Origin: Blastocatellia bacterium
GTDB taxonomy: Bacteria; Acidobacteriota; Blastocatellia; UBA7656
Assembly: GCA_036505875.1 (NCBI GenBank)
Contig: DASXSR010000360.1
Coordinates: forward strand, 517 to 64,516
Length of the DNA stretch: 64,000 bases
Direction: 5' to 3'
Below are positions 47,987 to 57,477 of this stretch, piece after piece; within the stretch, counting starts at the first letter, position 1, and each line of letters opens with the position of its first letter. The position numbers were made by a program, and so were the translations under genes. A model generated the notes under the pieces. It did not search any database. It had not been told where the DNA came from and was given only the letters and a program-made list of their open reading frames with translations.

Positions 47987-48625
47987 TTACTGCCTGACGA
48001 AAACCAAGGTCGATTCCTGCGAACCTTGCGGGCCCTCGACTGAGCGCTTCACCTTGAGCGTCTTTCCGTCATCAGCGAGCTCCCACCGTTCTTTGGTGGT
48101 GCGCGTCACTTCGTTGCCTTGGAAATTCATGCTGCGAGTGTTGGTCAACTCCAAACTCTTGCCGCCGTCCTTCCACTTCGCGCTGAGCGCGGCGGCCCCG
48201 CTTCTGCCCCCTGCGGATTCGATCTTCGTTTCCGAGCCGTCGAGCTTGTAGGTCGCGGTGCCCATTCCCATACCAAAACCACCGCGGCCGCCGCGCCCGC
48301 CGCCTTGTCCGAAACCACCCTGTCTCCGTCCGCTGCCTTGTCCGCCGACGCCGCCCTCAGGTCTTCCGCCCTGACCTCCGGAGCCGCCCTGGTCGCCTCC
48401 CATTCGCGCTCCGGCCGTAATTTTGTTCTCCACGGTAAGTTGTTTATCATCCTGAGTAACAACCATCGTGTAGCTTTCGATGTTGTCCATTTGCCGCGGG
48501 AGCCCCTTGCTCTTGCTTTTGTCCAGGGTCCAGGTGCCCGAGAAATCCGTGGCGGCGCTGACCGACCAGATGCCGGCAAGCAGCGCCAGCGCTGCTGTCA
48601 AACCAATTAAAGTTCTCTTCATCAT
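47987..48625 (-). CDS. Secreted protein with Gly/Arg-rich (GGxGG / RGG) low-complexity core
   Basis: 212 aa; signal peptide MKRTLIGLTAALALLAGIWSVSA; the core is GGDQGGSGGQGGRPEGGVGGQGSGRRQGGFGQGGGRGGRGGFG. Confidence 0.6.
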   Translation of the reverse strand: MMKRTLIGLTAALALLAGIWSVSAATDFSGTWTLDKSKSKGLPRQMDNIESYTMVVTQDDKQLTVENKITAGARMGGDQGGSGGQGGRPEGGVGGQGSGRRQGGFGQGGGRGGRGGFGMGMGTATYKLDGSETKIESAGGRSGAAALSAKWKDGGKSLELTNTRSMNFQGNEVTRTTKERWELADDGKTLKVKRSVEGPQGSQESTLVFVRQ

Positions 48626-48732
48626 TTGAAACCTCCTTGAAATACGACGCGTGCTTTTCTTATTAACGACTATTCATCAGTTTTAAGACAAAACCGTTGA
48701 ATGGTTTAGACGATGTACGACTCAGCCGCGTT

Positions 48733-48760
48733 ACACCCAATTGAAGTTAGGCGTTAATAG
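48733..48760. repeat. Third copy of the ACACCCAA(C/T)TGAAGTT(G/A)GG..TTAAT(G/A)G hairpin motif
   Basis: ACACCCAATTGAAGTTAGGCGTTAATAG compared with ACACCCAACTGAAGTTGGGTTAATGAG at 14194-14220. Confidence 0.45.
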
Positions 48761-48777
48761 GATCCTTGCAAACGCTA

Positions 48778-49593
48778 CTAGTCGTTGTTCTGCTGCCTCG
48801 TGCCCCTTGGGCCGCGTCCAAACGATCGCTCGCTGACCGTGTAATCCGAAGGCAGCTGGAACAGTGACTGCGAGGGCTCAGCGCGGTTGATGTTCGTCAA
48901 CCGGTATGTGTGCTCACCCATCCGCGGATCATTGTGCTTGCTCAACACCACTACTTGCAGTTCCGGTGAATACCAGCGCTCGGAAACAATCTCGATCGGC
49001 TGATCGTTGCCGATCTGACCGGCAGGTATCGTGATCGTTGAACGCGTGCCTTCAACCTGCAGGCCTTCAATCGTCTGTGTGCCGAGCGATTCCGTGTTCG
49101 CCTTTGAAGTCGAGGGCGGACGGCTCTCAGGATGAGGGCCGCTCCAAGCTTTCATCTTCTGCGCGGTTTTGTTGGCCGCGTCGAGCACGTAGTGCACCCC
49201 CGCAACCGGGTCGTGGATAAAGGTCATTTGTCGGCCTTTACTCTCCGACGAAAATCGCCCCATGTCACCGAATGTTTGCTCCATGCGAGTGCGGCCCTCG
49301 CTGTCCCGATAGACCGAGGCAGTGGTCGTCCGTGTAATACGGCTCCCGTTGCTCAGCGGTTGAACGCTTTCGGTAATCGAGGTCGCCGAGTAAGGCGCTC
49401 CCTTCACGACCTTCCCGCTGAGATGCATCTCCGAACCGACAAAGGCAAAGTTCCTATCCTGCGAAAACGGCCGCTCCTGGCCTCGACCTTGCGGAGAAAA
49501 GCCATGATGTTTCGCCGGCGCGCCACTATCCTGGCCCAGCGCCAAAACCGCAAGCAAACAAACAACAGAAATGATCGACAATGTTCTCTTCAT
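48778..49593 (-). CDS. Secreted hypothetical protein (271 aa)
   Basis: Signal peptide MKRTLSIISVVCLLAVLALG; no recognisable domain; same operon orientation as the ECF sigma/anti-sigma pair. Confidence 0.55.
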   Translation of the reverse strand: MKRTLSIISVVCLLAVLALGQDSGAPAKHHGFSPQGRGQERPFSQDRNFAFVGSEMHLSGKVVKGAPYSATSITESVQPLSNGSRITRTTTASVYRDSEGRTRMEQTFGDMGRFSSESKGRQMTFIHDPVAGVHYVLDAANKTAQKMKAWSGPHPESRPPSTSKANTESLGTQTIEGLQVEGTRSTITIPAGQIGNDQPIEIVSERWYSPELQVVVLSKHNDPRMGEHTYRLTNINRAEPSQSLFQLPSDYTVSERSFGRGPRGTRQQNND

Positions 49594-49779
49594 TTATCTG
49601 TCCCTCCAAAGCAAAGATAATCAATTTATGCCTATTGAAAACCCCAATAGACGTAAGCCATCAAAACCACTCCCATCATCGCTACGCACGCGATGCAGAA
49701 GAAAATGAAATACAACGCCAGATTTCCGCCGTCCGGTTGATGTCTCAGACTCTCGCCCGTTTGCATCTCAATCTCCAAT

Positions 49780-50427
49780 TTATTGAACGAACCTTATCGC
49801 TCTGGCCAAACCGTCATCGCCAACAAAAACGTCTGCCTTGACCAGCTCGCCGGCGCGGTCGACATTCATCGGGAACCCCATTGCAATCAGGGCCGAACGC
49901 GGAACATTCATTCGCACAACGTGTCCGCTGTCGGATGCAGCCGGACCGGCGATGTAAGTCAACGGAAGAAAGTCGGTCGCAACTTCATCCGCCCGGTTGT
50001 CGGTCCTCGGTCGGCGTCGAGCAACGCGCCGCGGTTGCTGCGGAGTTGAAGCCGAGGGAGGCGTGATCGCTTGATCGACATTACTTGGCGGCGGCGCCGG
50101 TATGGAGTGAGGCACGAGCGGCGCAACTTCATGTGTTTCACGCGACGGCCTCGGCAGCCAAAGTAACGCGGCCACTGCAAGCAAGATCAAGACGATCGCG
50201 GCGGCGAGACTCCAGCGCAACGGCGTTCCGAAGAGGCCTGTCGCTGATCGAGGTTGCGCCCACGCTCGTTCATCAACCGCTATTCGCAAGCGCACTTTCT
50301 CATAAAGATCAGGCGAATCAGCCACCGCGTCCAACTCTTCTTCACTTGCGCTGACCGCCCGAAGCATTTCATGCTCAAAGCGATCGAGCTGCTCGGCCTG
50401 GATTAACTTTTCATTTCTTCGAAACAT
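49780..50427 (-). CDS. Putative anti-sigma factor (single-pass membrane protein, Pro-rich periplasmic part)
   Basis: 215 aa; immediately downstream of the ECF sigma gene; TM segment WSLAAAIVLILLAVAALLWL. Confidence 0.5.
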   Translation of the reverse strand: MFRRNEKLIQAEQLDRFEHEMLRAVSASEEELDAVADSPDLYEKVRLRIAVDERAWAQPRSATGLFGTPLRWSLAAAIVLILLAVAALLWLPRPSRETHEVAPLVPHSIPAPPPSNVDQAITPPSASTPQQPRRVARRRPRTDNRADEVATDFLPLTYIAGPAASDSGHVVRMNVPRSALIAMGFPMNVDRAGELVKADVFVGDDGLARAIRFVQ

Positions 50428-50470
50428 CGTCCCACCTCCTTAGTGAAAAGGAGTCAACAACACCAAACAT

Positions 50471-51163
50471 TCACACATATCGATGCAGCACGCGCTGCAG
50501 CACTTTGCGCGCGCGGTGTGCACGCATCTTGACTTTCGACGGCGACCAGCCAGTCAACTCAGAGACCTCGCGCACGGAGAGATCCGCGCCGTTGAGCAAA
50601 GTCAGCACCAGCCGATCCTCGGGATCCAGTCGCTGAAGCAGCTTCGCAGCGAGGTCGCGCGAGATAGCCGCGCTCTCGATCTCGCTCCCAAGGGCAGCTC
50701 CTCGAAGCCTCGCTGCGAGAGTGGCTTCTTCGTCCTGGCTCAGCTCGTTCAGCATATTTTCGGCGCGGCGCGTGCGTCGCATCACGTCGTAACAAGTTCG
50801 AATCGTGATCCGCGACAGCCAAGCGATGAATGATTTCTCATGGCCGCCTCGATAGCTGCCAAACGCAAAATAAGCGTTAGCGAAACTCTCCTGCACGATG
50901 TCCTCGACCTGCTCTTGGCGATAAAAGAACCTGTAAGCTAGCCGCGTGACCGAGCGCCGGTAGCGCTCGAATAGCAATTCGAACGCAGCTTCGTCTCCCC
51001 CGAGCACAGCCGCCACCAATTCATCGTCAGTCTGCGCGGTGGACATCGGCTCCACCGCCGTAACCGCAGCAAAACCGTGGACATTAGCGCATCGATCCAT
51101 GTGAATAAGCCGATTAGGGCAGAGACTAGCGCGATCTCTGCAGCCGCGCCTGTGACAATCCAC
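50471..51163 (-). CDS. ECF-family RNA polymerase sigma factor (sigma-70 regions 2 and 4)
   Basis: Region 2 FELLFERYRRSVTRLAYRFFYRQEQVEDIVQESFANAYFAF; region 4 HTH DLSVREVSELTGWSPSKVKMRAHRARKVL. The likely start is MSTAQTDD at 51043. Confidence 0.85.
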   Translation of the reverse strand: MDCHRRGCRDRASLCPNRLIHMDRCANVHGFAAVTAVEPMSTAQTDDELVAAVLGGDEAAFELLFERYRRSVTRLAYRFFYRQEQVEDIVQESFANAYFAFGSYRGGHEKSFIAWLSRITIRTCYDVMRRTRRAENMLNELSQDEEATLAARLRGAALGSEIESAAISRDLAAKLLQRLDPEDRLVLTLLNGADLSVREVSELTGWSPSKVKMRAHRARKVLQRVLHRYV

Positions 51164-51307
51164 TGAAATGCGAGCTCGCGCGCAGCCCTAAACAGCTACA
51201 TAGTGTTAAGAGGGTTCTTAGCCGTCTTTGGTCACAACTTTTTTTGGACTGAAGACGTGACGAAACTGAGATGTTGCAAGTCTGGCGGATGGCTCACAAC
51301 AACGAGT

Positions 51308-53821
51308 TTACTCTTTCTTCTCTTCCGGCGGTTTTGCACTCTTTAACTGGTTGATCGTATTGGTGACGAACTGCTTGGCGAACGGCGGCAGATCAGGGGA
51401 GTTCCTGAGTTCTTCCAACGCTGGAAGCGCGCGTTGGTCTCCGAGCCTGCCGAGTGCTTGAAGCGCGCTGAATTTGATCTGAGTCGACTTCTCTTTGAGG
51501 GCCGAAACCAACGCTTCAAGGGCGCGATCATTTCCTTTTCCAGCCTGTGCCAAGACTTGAAACGCCGCTGATCTAACGCCCGTCTGATTACCCGGCGACG
51601 CATATTTCAATCCTGCTTCGAGCGCTCGGGCGGTTCCCGTCGCTGCTAGTCCGCCAAGCACGCCCGCGCGAATCGTGCCTTGCCACGACTCAAGCTTCAT
51701 CGCGTCGGTCAAAACGTCGAACGCCTGCGGTGCGCCAGTTTGCCCAAGCGCCCTTGCCGCTTCCGCAATCGCAAAATAACTCGGATCGCTGTTGATGATC
51801 TTTGCAAACAGATCGGCAAGCTTCGGATCTTTGAACGCGCCGAGAGCTCTTATTGCTTCTCGCCGAACGCGTGAGTCTTTGTCTTTCGCCGCATCAATCA
51901 GAGCAGCGCGCGTCGCATCGGTCTTCAAACCAGCCATGGCCTTCACAGCTTCGACGCGCACTCCCCAAAAGCCGTCACCGGTAGCCGCTTGTGAGAGCGC
52001 CTTGGTCACAGCGTCACCCGGATGCGAATTCAGCGCGATCGCGGCAAGCACGCGGCCCATCACGTCCGCATCGTGCGTCAACTGGTAAGCAAGCTCCTCG
52101 TCGCTTCGCCCGAACTTGACCTGCTTGATGATGTAGTTGCCTCGATCGAAGTTAACGATCAGCGGTTTCGAATCAACCTCGAACGTGAACTCTTTTTCGG
52201 GCTTGTCGATCCACACGCGATGAATCTTCTCTCCGGCTGCGGTTGTGATCGCGATGTTCACGGGCGTAGTAAAGAACTCGGGCGAAGCAAACCACGGCCG
52301 TTTGTCGTCGAGTTTCTGCGTCTGCTTTACTGTGAGCTTGAGCGACTTCGCGCCGTCGTAGTTCGAAGTGATCTCGAACTCCGGATGACCCATCCGGTAG
52401 ACCCACTCATCAAAGAACCATGCGAGGTTCTCCCCGGTCGCTTCCTCGATCGCTGTGATCAAGTCAGAGGTTTCAACGTTTTGCCATTGATACTTCTTGA
52501 CGTAGTGGTGGATGGCTTTCCAGAACAACTCTTCTCCGAGCACGAATCGAAGCATGCTCAAAACGGCGCCGCCGCGCGGGTAGGCATAAGCGTCGAACAC
52601 CGCGTCTGGATCGCTGTAACGCGTTGTGACTATGGGGCGGCGGATGCCCTGGTTCCACGCCTGAAGGTAGCCTTGCTGATTTCTGTACATCTCATACAAG
52701 AAATCGTCTTTGCCCTTATCGTGTTCATTCCAGAGCGCCTCAAAGAAGGTGGCGAATGATTCGTTGAGCCATATCTCGCCCCAGTGCCTGCAAGTCAGCA
52801 GATCGCCAAACCACTGATGCGCAAGCTCGTGCGAGCTGATGTCGTCGGATGAAATATCGAGCGCCGCGCGTTTATCGTGTACAGCAGTGTCGGTCATCGT
52901 AGTCGCGGTGATGTTTTCCATCGCGCCGCCGAAATCGCGCACCATCGTTTGAACATACTTCGGATACGGGTAGTCGTAGCCGGTCTTCTGGGAAAAGAAA
53001 GCGACCATCTGAGCGAGTTTGCTAAAAGAAACTCGACCATCCTCCGCTTGGCCGGGATAGACATACGAGATCACCGGCTTGCCTTTGAACTCACCTCTCA
53101 CTTCTTCGTATTGGCCGACGATGATCGAGACCAGATAGCTCGAAAAAGGGCGATCCATTTTCCAATCCCAGGTTTTGGTCTTCGCGCTGGAGTTCGGTTT
53201 GACGCTGATCAATGAGCCGTTTGAGATGACTTGAAACTTTTCGCCGACAGTCGCCACAAGCTCGCTGGTAGCCTTGTCGTTTGGATAGTCGTAACACGGA
53301 AACCAGTAATGATTAGTGCGCGCTTCGCCTTGTGACCAAATCTGGTAGGGGCGCGTGGGATCTATTTCGGTTGGCGTTATGAAAGTGAGGCCTTGCTTTG
53401 GCGTCGCGGCATAGCCAATCGTGATCGAGACATCGGCTCCGACAGGATAGTTTCGATCAAGCGCAACGTAGAGCTTTTCGTTGTCAACGTAACGGTACTT
53501 GAGCGGCGCGCCGCCGGCGAGTTTGACCGATATGATCGTCATATCGCCCGCGTCGACTTCGATCTCGTTGACGTTACTTTCAAAAGGTTGAAACTTGATT
53601 GTCGTTTCGCCCGCGACCGACTGTTTGGCCCAGTCAAAGCTCAGTTCGATGCGATAGTCTTGGACATCGTAATTGTGACTGCGCGGCCACTGATAAGGCG
53701 GAGGCTCGGGTGCCTGAGGCGGCGCGGGATTCTGCGCCAAGAGAATCGATGGCAATACAATAATGAAGATTAGTGGCGCCACTTTCGCCGACCAACAGCG
53801 TTGTAAACGAAAACGAGTCAT
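51308..53821 (-). CDS. pepN: M1-family aminopeptidase (aminopeptidase N-like) with C-terminal HEAT/ARM repeats
   Basis: 837 aa; GAMEN exopeptidase motif; HELAHQWFGD...E zinc motif; signal peptide; HEAT-like repeats near the C terminus (RREAIRALG...). Confidence 0.9.
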   Translation of the reverse strand: MTRFRLQRCWSAKVAPLIFIIVLPSILLAQNPAPPQAPEPPPYQWPRSHNYDVQDYRIELSFDWAKQSVAGETTIKFQPFESNVNEIEVDAGDMTIISVKLAGGAPLKYRYVDNEKLYVALDRNYPVGADVSITIGYAATPKQGLTFITPTEIDPTRPYQIWSQGEARTNHYWFPCYDYPNDKATSELVATVGEKFQVISNGSLISVKPNSSAKTKTWDWKMDRPFSSYLVSIIVGQYEEVRGEFKGKPVISYVYPGQAEDGRVSFSKLAQMVAFFSQKTGYDYPYPKYVQTMVRDFGGAMENITATTMTDTAVHDKRAALDISSDDISSHELAHQWFGDLLTCRHWGEIWLNESFATFFEALWNEHDKGKDDFLYEMYRNQQGYLQAWNQGIRRPIVTTRYSDPDAVFDAYAYPRGGAVLSMLRFVLGEELFWKAIHHYVKKYQWQNVETSDLITAIEEATGENLAWFFDEWVYRMGHPEFEITSNYDGAKSLKLTVKQTQKLDDKRPWFASPEFFTTPVNIAITTAAGEKIHRVWIDKPEKEFTFEVDSKPLIVNFDRGNYIIKQVKFGRSDEELAYQLTHDADVMGRVLAAIALNSHPGDAVTKALSQAATGDGFWGVRVEAVKAMAGLKTDATRAALIDAAKDKDSRVRREAIRALGAFKDPKLADLFAKIINSDPSYFAIAEAARALGQTGAPQAFDVLTDAMKLESWQGTIRAGVLGGLAATGTARALEAGLKYASPGNQTGVRSAAFQVLAQAGKGNDRALEALVSALKEKSTQIKFSALQALGRLGDQRALPALEELRNSPDLPPFAKQFVTNTINQLKSAKPPEEKKE

Positions 53822-53833
53822 TGGCCCTCCTGG

Positions 53834-53925
53834 AACGTGATGCGTGATTGCAACACGTCATGCGACCGATCACGTTTAACGCTTCACGGATCACGCATCA
53901 CCAATCACTTATCACGCATCACGAT
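53834..53925. repeat. ATCACGCATCAC / CGTGATGCGTGAT direct and inverted repeat cluster
   Basis: CGTGATGCGTGAT (53836-53848), GATCACGCATCAC (53888-53900) and ATCACGCATCACG (53911-53923) are read directly. The last copy overlaps the 3' end of the downstream large gene. Confidence 0.45.
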
Positions 53926-56900
53926 ACGCCTTCACCGTTGCTTTGCGCTCGACCTTTTGCCATCCCACAGCCACACCGCGTAGCGACGCCAGAGTTGACT
54001 TGATCGCCACGTAATACATCAACTGTCGATAAAAGAAGCGCTGCCAAAAGAGCCACACCAGCAGCCGCCGATTCTCTTTTGGCTCCAGGAGGAATGCAAT
54101 CCCCGCCGCCAAGAACTCGACCGCGGCGAAAATCGCGTAGTAAAACAACGCGCGCCAAAGCGAGTCTGGCGAGAACTCGCGCGGGTGCTGAAGCTTGTTC
54201 AGCGCAGCGGTAATCAAAGTAACAAGCATCAGCAGGTCCATCGCCGGTGAGATTAATGGGAAGAAAACTTGAAACAGAAAAATGTTTGGCAGCGCCACAA
54301 ACCCAAGCCCGCCGTAACGTGGACGGAACAACGCGTCGGCGTGCTTCCACGCCGCTTGCAGGGTTCCGTACATCCAGCGATACCGCTGACGTACGAATCC
54401 ACCGAGCGTGTCGGGCGCTTCAGTCAAACCGACAGCCTCGTCTTCGTAGGCGATCGAGTAACCGAGCTTACGGATTGCCATTGTCAGGTCCGCGTCTTCT
54501 GCGAGCGTCAGGTGAGTGAAGCCGCCGGCTAAATCGACCAATTCGCGCCGCCACGCGCCCACCGCTCCGGGAACCACCGTGATGCAGTTGAGCAAGTTGA
54601 ACGCGCGGCGATCGAGGTTCTGGCTGGTGATGTACTCGAGGGCCTGCCAACGCGTGAGCAGATTCACCCGGTTGCCAACCTTCGCGTTGCCGGCGACAGC
54701 CCCGACTTTCGGATCGGCAAAATGTCGGACAAGCTTGGTCATCGTGTCGCGGGCGAAAATCGTGTCGGCGTCCAACGCGATGACAATTTCAGCCGAGGTG
54801 TGCGCGACTCCGTAATTAAGCGCGTCAGGCTTGCCTGAGTTCGGCTTCGTGAACAATCGCACCCGCGGCTCGTCGGCGAAAGCTTCTCGAACGCGCGAGG
54901 AAGTTTCATCCGTCGAGCCGTCGTCGACGACTACAATCTCGAAGCTTGGCGGATGATCGGACGCCAACAGCGAGGTGATCGTTTGGACTATGACTCTGTC
55001 TTCGTTGAAGGCGGGCACGATGACCGCGACTGTAGGAGAGTAGTTGGGATCGTAAACTGCGTGACGCTCGCGCCAATGTTCGATCACTGCAAGTGCCCCG
55101 ATAAAAAACAATCTTCCGATGCCGAGCAATATGCCCGCCAGAAACAGCCAGCGTATCGCGGTGATAAAGAAGTTGATAGTCGCAAATGCAGTTCGGCCTG
55201 CCCAGGTTTGCCACCACCGGTCCGGCGGAACAGGTGGCATCACGTCGTCGCGAGATTTGCCTAGCAAATCGCTGACAGTGACCAGCTGGAAGCCACGCTC
55301 TCGAAGGGCCGCAATCAGCAGCGGAAGCGCCTTCACGGTCGGCGAGCGGTCGCCGCCCGAATCGTGCAGCAGGACTATATTTCCTGCGACCGTCTTGTCT
55401 CGTCCGGGGACCGCCTTCTGCTCAGCAAGTTCCACCGTGCGCGCAACAATTTCGTCAGCGCTTGGATGCTTCCAATCGCCGGGGTCAATCTGCATCCCGA
55501 TTGTAAAGAAGCGGTAACTACTGACAAGGTCGAGCGGATGAACTTCGTCCGGCGTGTTCGGTTCGGAGTCCTCAGCAAATGGCGGTCTGAACAGCCGTGT
55601 GCTGCGACCCAGGACGCTCTCAAACAGAAACTGCGTAGCGCTCAGCTCGAGACCGAATTGCCGGTCCGAGATTGTCGCAATGTTCGGATGAGTAAAGGTG
55701 TGATTCCCGATTTCGTGTCCCTCGGCCAATTCTCGCTTCAAGAGGCCCGGATACTGTTCGCCGTTCAACCCGACCACGAAGAACGTGGCGGGCGCATTCG
55801 CCGCTTTCAACTCATCCAGAATCGCAGGCGTGTAAGCCGGATCGGGACCGTCGTCAAAAGTGAGGGCGATCTTTTTGCTCATGCCTCCATAGCGGGTAAT
55901 CACGTATGGCGACGGAAACTCGACGAACTTCGACGAAGTGATCATCCCACGAGCTTGATCAAACTTTATCTCTCGCAGTCCTTCGTTGGGGTGGCCGGTG
56001 AGCTGCAGAATGTCACCAGAGCCCTCGTAGTCGAGCCCGTAACCATATTTCATTTTCGTCAGATTCGCCGCCGTCGATCCGTTGAGCGGCTCGTCGGCGC
56101 CGAGAAACTTCCACACCGAAGGGTCTTCACTCCCAAGCCTCCAAAGCGCAAAGCCACGCACCCCAAACTGTCGCGCCACAACTATCTGATTGAAAGCGCT
56201 CACCGCATCGAGCATCCAAACCGTATGGATATCATCTTCGCTCTCTTCATATTGAAAGGTCGGATTAAGCGACGCCGAGTCCAAATGAATATCGACCTTG
56301 TCTTCTGCCGTGGAAGACTCTGAAGCCGTGATCACCGCTTCTTCAAAGGTCTTAACCATCGGCTCGCGATGCTTCTGCCAGTCGTAGGCGTAGTTAGCTA
56401 TCCCAACGATCGTCTTGGATTCAAGAACGTCCATTTGTCGCAGCCGGAGCACTTCTTCAGTCCAGTCGATAGCCGCGACCGGTCCGGGATCGCTTCCCGA
56501 ATAGTGCTGATCATAGACCATCAGGATTACGTAATCAGCCGCTGCTGACAGTTTCTTGTAATCGAACGAGTCGTTGTGCACAGGCAGATTGATCGAAATT
56601 TCGAGCGCCTCGGGATGAGCTGCCATAGCAAGCTCGGCCATGAATTCGTTCAACCCCGCTTGAGCTTCGTCTGGCACGCTTTCGAAGTCGACGCTTATGC
56701 CGGCGAAACTGTTTTGCTTGACGTAATCAACCAACTGTTGAATACAACGCGCGCGTGCCGAAGGGTCATTTAGCATCTGCTTCAGCTTGTTGCTTTCCCA
56801 CTCCGTTCCGTTGAAGTTATTCACCAGCGCCATAATGCGAAGGTCCGGGCGCGCCGTCCGAACGTAGTCGGTCATCGAGCGCTCCACGAAGGGATTATCT

Positions 56901-57382
56901 TCGCCGAGAGAACCATCGGCGCTGGCCAAGTGAAGAGATTCAGCCACGACAACGTCGAGGTTCTTGATATTCTCCTTCAGCGAGCTCATGCTCGTCTCGT
57001 CCCAGTTGACGTAGAAACCAAAGGTCAATGGCTGACCAAAACTAGGGTGGGCAGATTGAACTCGAAGCCGAGCCGCGCGTTTGCTTCGTTCGATTTCCAA
57101 TTTCTCTTTGGCCTCTCGATATGCGCGCTCTCGCTTACTCTGATACTTGTCTTCGCTCGACTGGCCGGTGACCGGACGAGTGACGCTGGGTGTCTTCGGC
57201 ATGGCAAGCGGTGTTAGCCTTGGGATGATTAGAATGACGCTTATTACGAGGATTCCGAAGACTATAGACAGGAAGAGGCCAGTCAGATAAACACCCCCTC
57301 TCAAGCGAGGCCAGCGCTTGTGATCGGGGTCAAAGAAGACCGGTGTTTCCCGATACTTGCTCATAGACAAACAGCCTCCCAC
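53912..57382 (-). CDS. Tri-domain exopolysaccharide synthase: GH18-like domain + CE4 polysaccharide deacetylase (NodB) + GT2 processive glycosyltransferase (PgaC/IcaA-like)
   Basis: 1156 aa; N-terminal TM; the GH18-like region is FGFYVNWDE...AGISVDFESV; the CE4 region is ALTFDDGPDPAYTPAILDELKAANAPATFFVVG...HEIGNHTFTHP; the GT2 region is VAVIVPAFNEDRVIVQTITSLL...VVVDDGSTDET...ALDADT...QRYRWMYG with flanking TM helices. Confidence 0.85.
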   Translation of the reverse strand: MGGCLSMSKYRETPVFFDPDHKRWPRLRGGVYLTGLFLSIVFGILVISVILIIPRLTPLAMPKTPSVTRPVTGQSSEDKYQSKRERAYREAKEKLEIERSKRAARLRVQSAHPSFGQPLTFGFYVNWDETSMSSLKENIKNLDVVVAESLHLASADGSLGEDNPFVERSMTDYVRTARPDLRIMALVNNFNGTEWESNKLKQMLNDPSARARCIQQLVDYVKQNSFAGISVDFESVPDEAQAGLNEFMAELAMAAHPEALEISINLPVHNDSFDYKKLSAAADYVILMVYDQHYSGSDPGPVAAIDWTEEVLRLRQMDVLESKTIVGIANYAYDWQKHREPMVKTFEEAVITASESSTAEDKVDIHLDSASLNPTFQYEESEDDIHTVWMLDAVSAFNQIVVARQFGVRGFALWRLGSEDPSVWKFLGADEPLNGSTAANLTKMKYGYGLDYEGSGDILQLTGHPNEGLREIKFDQARGMITSSKFVEFPSPYVITRYGGMSKKIALTFDDGPDPAYTPAILDELKAANAPATFFVVGLNGEQYPGLLKRELAEGHEIGNHTFTHPNIATISDRQFGLELSATQFLFESVLGRSTRLFRPPFAEDSEPNTPDEVHPLDLVSSYRFFTIGMQIDPGDWKHPSADEIVARTVELAEQKAVPGRDKTVAGNIVLLHDSGGDRSPTVKALPLLIAALRERGFQLVTVSDLLGKSRDDVMPPVPPDRWWQTWAGRTAFATINFFITAIRWLFLAGILLGIGRLFFIGALAVIEHWRERHAVYDPNYSPTVAVIVPAFNEDRVIVQTITSLLASDHPPSFEIVVVDDGSTDETSSRVREAFADEPRVRLFTKPNSGKPDALNYGVAHTSAEIVIALDADTIFARDTMTKLVRHFADPKVGAVAGNAKVGNRVNLLTRWQALEYITSQNLDRRAFNLLNCITVVPGAVGAWRRELVDLAGGFTHLTLAEDADLTMAIRKLGYSIAYEDEAVGLTEAPDTLGGFVRQRYRWMYGTLQAAWKHADALFRPRYGGLGFVALPNIFLFQVFFPLISPAMDLLMLVTLITAALNKLQHPREFSPDSLWRALFYYAIFAAVEFLAAGIAFLLEPKENRRLLVWLFWQRFFYRQLMYYVAIKSTLASLRGVAVGWQKVERKATVKAYRDA

Positions 57383-57477
57383 TTGGCGAGGCTTGAAGTC
57401 GCCTAAACTGATTTCGCGTGGGGTCCGACCGATGCGCCTGTAATTGTATATAATACACTATCTCGCTGAGCCGCACA

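Noticed and set aside
51164-51307. Candidate ECF-type promoter (AGAACC ... TGTT) upstream of the sigma factor gene
   Set aside because: The spacer between the -35-like and -10-like elements is about 19 nt, longer than the usual 16-17 nt; the evidence is too weak to annotate as a promoter.
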